IMG/VR virus record: IMGVR_UViG_2534682158_000014
Direction: 5' to 3' (one strand)
From: a virus
Taxonomy: Duplodnaviria; Heunggongvirae; Uroviricota; Caudoviricetes
DNA: 38,748 nt
Positions 37,220 through 38,748 of the stretch are shown piece after piece. Position numbers and translations under genes: made by a program. The notes below the pieces were generated by a model that had not been told where the DNA came from, made no database searches, and was given only the letters and a program-made list of their open reading frames with translations. Position 1 is the stretch's first letter, and each line of letters opens with the position of its first letter.

Positions 37220-37696
37220 TTAACTAAACATCGCAGTAATCGAGGCGCTTGCCAGAGAATGGAAATGGACGTTAAACCCGACCATCGCGCCGCTGGCACC
37301 TTCATCGACATCAATACGTTCTACATCCAGCGCGTGAACGGTAAAAATGTAGCGATGGGTTTCGCCTTTCGGCGGCGCTGCACCATCGTACCCGGTTTTA
37401 CCAAAGTCGGTACGCGTCTGCAAAACGCCGTCTGGCATTGCTACCAGACCAGAGCCAAACCCTTGCGGTAATACGCGGGTATCAGCGGGTAAATTAACAA
37501 CTACCCAGTGCCACCAGCCGGAGCCGGTTGGCGCATCCGGGTCGTAGCAGGTGACAACAAAACTTTTCGTTCCCGCAGGAACATCATCCCACGCCAGATG
37601 CGGTGAAACATTATCGCCATCGTAACCCATGCCGTTAAAGACATGACGATGTGGCAACTTATCGCCATCGCGCAGATCATTACTGATGAGTTTCAT
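37220..37696 (-). CDS. ybhB: YbhB (PEBP/Raf-kinase-inhibitor-like family protein), host gene
   Basis: 'MKLISNDLRDGDKLPHRHVFNGMGYDGDN...YDPDAPTGSGWWHWVV' matches E. coli YbhB as I recall it. Confidence 0.9.
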   Translation of the reverse strand: MKLISNDLRDGDKLPHRHVFNGMGYDGDNVSPHLAWDDVPAGTKSFVVTCYDPDAPTGSGWWHWVVVNLPADTRVLPQGFGSGLVAMPDGVLQTRTDFGKTGYDGAAPPKGETHRYIFTVHALDVERIDVDEGASGAMVGFNVHFHSLASASITAMFS

Positions 37697-37754
37697 GAAC
37701 CCTCCTTTCTAGTTTGCAGAAAGTGTAGCCAGAAACCCTCACGCTGACTTCCCG

Positions 37755-38748
37755 TTATTGGCAAAAAAATGTTTCATCCTGCACCGCACGATTAACCGCT
37801 GCGGTCAGACGCTGCAACTGTTGCGGGAGAATAATATAGGGCGGCATCAGGTAAATCAGTTTGCCAAAAGGCCGGATCCAGACACCCTGTTCGACAAAGA
37901 ATTTTTGCAGCGCTGCCATATTCACCGGACGAGTGGTTTCGACCACGCCAATGGCCCCTAGCACGCGCACATCGGCAACCATTTTGGCATCACGGGCTGG
38001 TGCCAGTTGCTCGCGCAGTTGTACTTCAATAGCCACCACCTGCTGCTGCCAGTCGCCAGATTCGAGAATCGCCAGGCTGGCGTTTGCTGCCGCGCAGGCT
38101 AGCGGATTGCCCATAAAAGTTGGCCCATGCATAAAGCAACCGGCTTCGCCGTTACTGATGGTTTCCGCAACCTCGCGCGTGGTGAGTGTGGCGGAAAGGG
38201 TCATTGTACCGCCGGTTAAGGCTTTACCGAGGCACAAAATGTCCGGCGCGATATCTGCATGTTCACAGGCAAACAGTTTGCCAGTACGACCAAATCCGGT
38301 GGCGATCTCGTCGGCAATCAGCAAGATACCTTCGCGATCGCACATTTTGCGGATTCGTTTTAACCATTCCGGATGGTAGATGCGCATCCCGCCTGCGCCC
38401 TGGACAATCGGTTCAATGATCACCGCCGCGATTTCATGACGATGCGCCGCCATCAGGCGGGCAAAGCCCACCATATCGCGCTCATCCCATTCACCATCCA
38501 TGCGGCTTTGCGGGGCGGGAGCAAACAAGTTTTCTGGCAGATAGCCTTTCCACAGACTGTGCATTGAGTTATCCGGATCGCACACCGACATCGCGCCAAA
38601 GGTATCGCCATGATAACCATTGCGGAAGGTCAGAAAACGCTGGCGCGCTTCGCCTTTGGCTTGCCAGTACTGCAACGCCATTTTCATCGCCACTTCCACC
38701 GCTACGGAACCGGAGTCCGCGAGAAAAACGCATTCCAGCGGTTGCGGC
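37755..38748 (-). CDS. bioA: BioA adenosylmethionine-8-amino-7-oxononanoate aminotransferase, 5' end outside the window
   Basis: Class-III PLP aminotransferase sequence ending '...[13 protein letters not shown]'. Located beside ybhB as in E. coli. Confidence 0.95.
   Translation of the reverse strand, partial: PQPLECVFLADSGSVAVEVAMKMALQYWQAKGEARQRFLTFRNGYHGDTFGAMSVCDPDNSMHSLWKGYLPENLFAPAPQSRMDGEWDERDMVGFARLMAAHRHEIAAVIIEPIVQGAGGMRIYHPEWLKRIRKMCDREGILLIADEIATGFGRTGKLFACEHADIAPDILCLGKALTGGTMTLSATLTTREVAETISNGEAGCFMHGPTFMGNPLACAAANASLAILESGDWQQQVVAIEVQLREQLAPARDAKMVADVRVLGAIGVVETTRPVNMAALQKFFVEQGVWIRPFGKLIYLMPPYIILPQQLQRLTAAVNRAVQDETFFCQ

Overview
This window is the right-hand ~37 kb of a mosaic temperate prophage integrated at the lambda attachment site, ending in the host genes ybhB and bioA. 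All calls rest on reading the translations and DNA motifs by eye; no database search or folding was run. Left to right: an IS3-family transposase fragment abutting a yfdR/yfdQ/yfdP-like module; a lambdoid immunity region (cI-type repressor, cro-like, CII-like, operator repeats); a replication initiator with in-gene iterons; RusA, KilA-N, DUF968 and Q; a lambda-R-type lysis cassette; an HNH–terminase packaging module; an HK97-type head; a Mu-type contractile tail and baseplate; tail fibre and assembly genes; and a gtrABC O-antigen glucosylation operon beside a lambda-type attR core (37115-37129). Several AT-rich accessory insertions interrupt this backbone. The main candidates for an undescribed system are a two-gene minus-strand cassette (ClpP-fold peptidase plus a protein with an R-x4-H motif) between lysis and packaging, a KAP-family NTPase between Q and the late terminator, and a ~460-nt hairpin-rich non-coding region upstream of an orphan ORF. 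A lipoprotein gene inside the tail module and a vestigial inverted tail-fibre-assembly fragment are also noted. No tRNA, rRNA or CRISPR array was seen, and the integrase lies outside the window.
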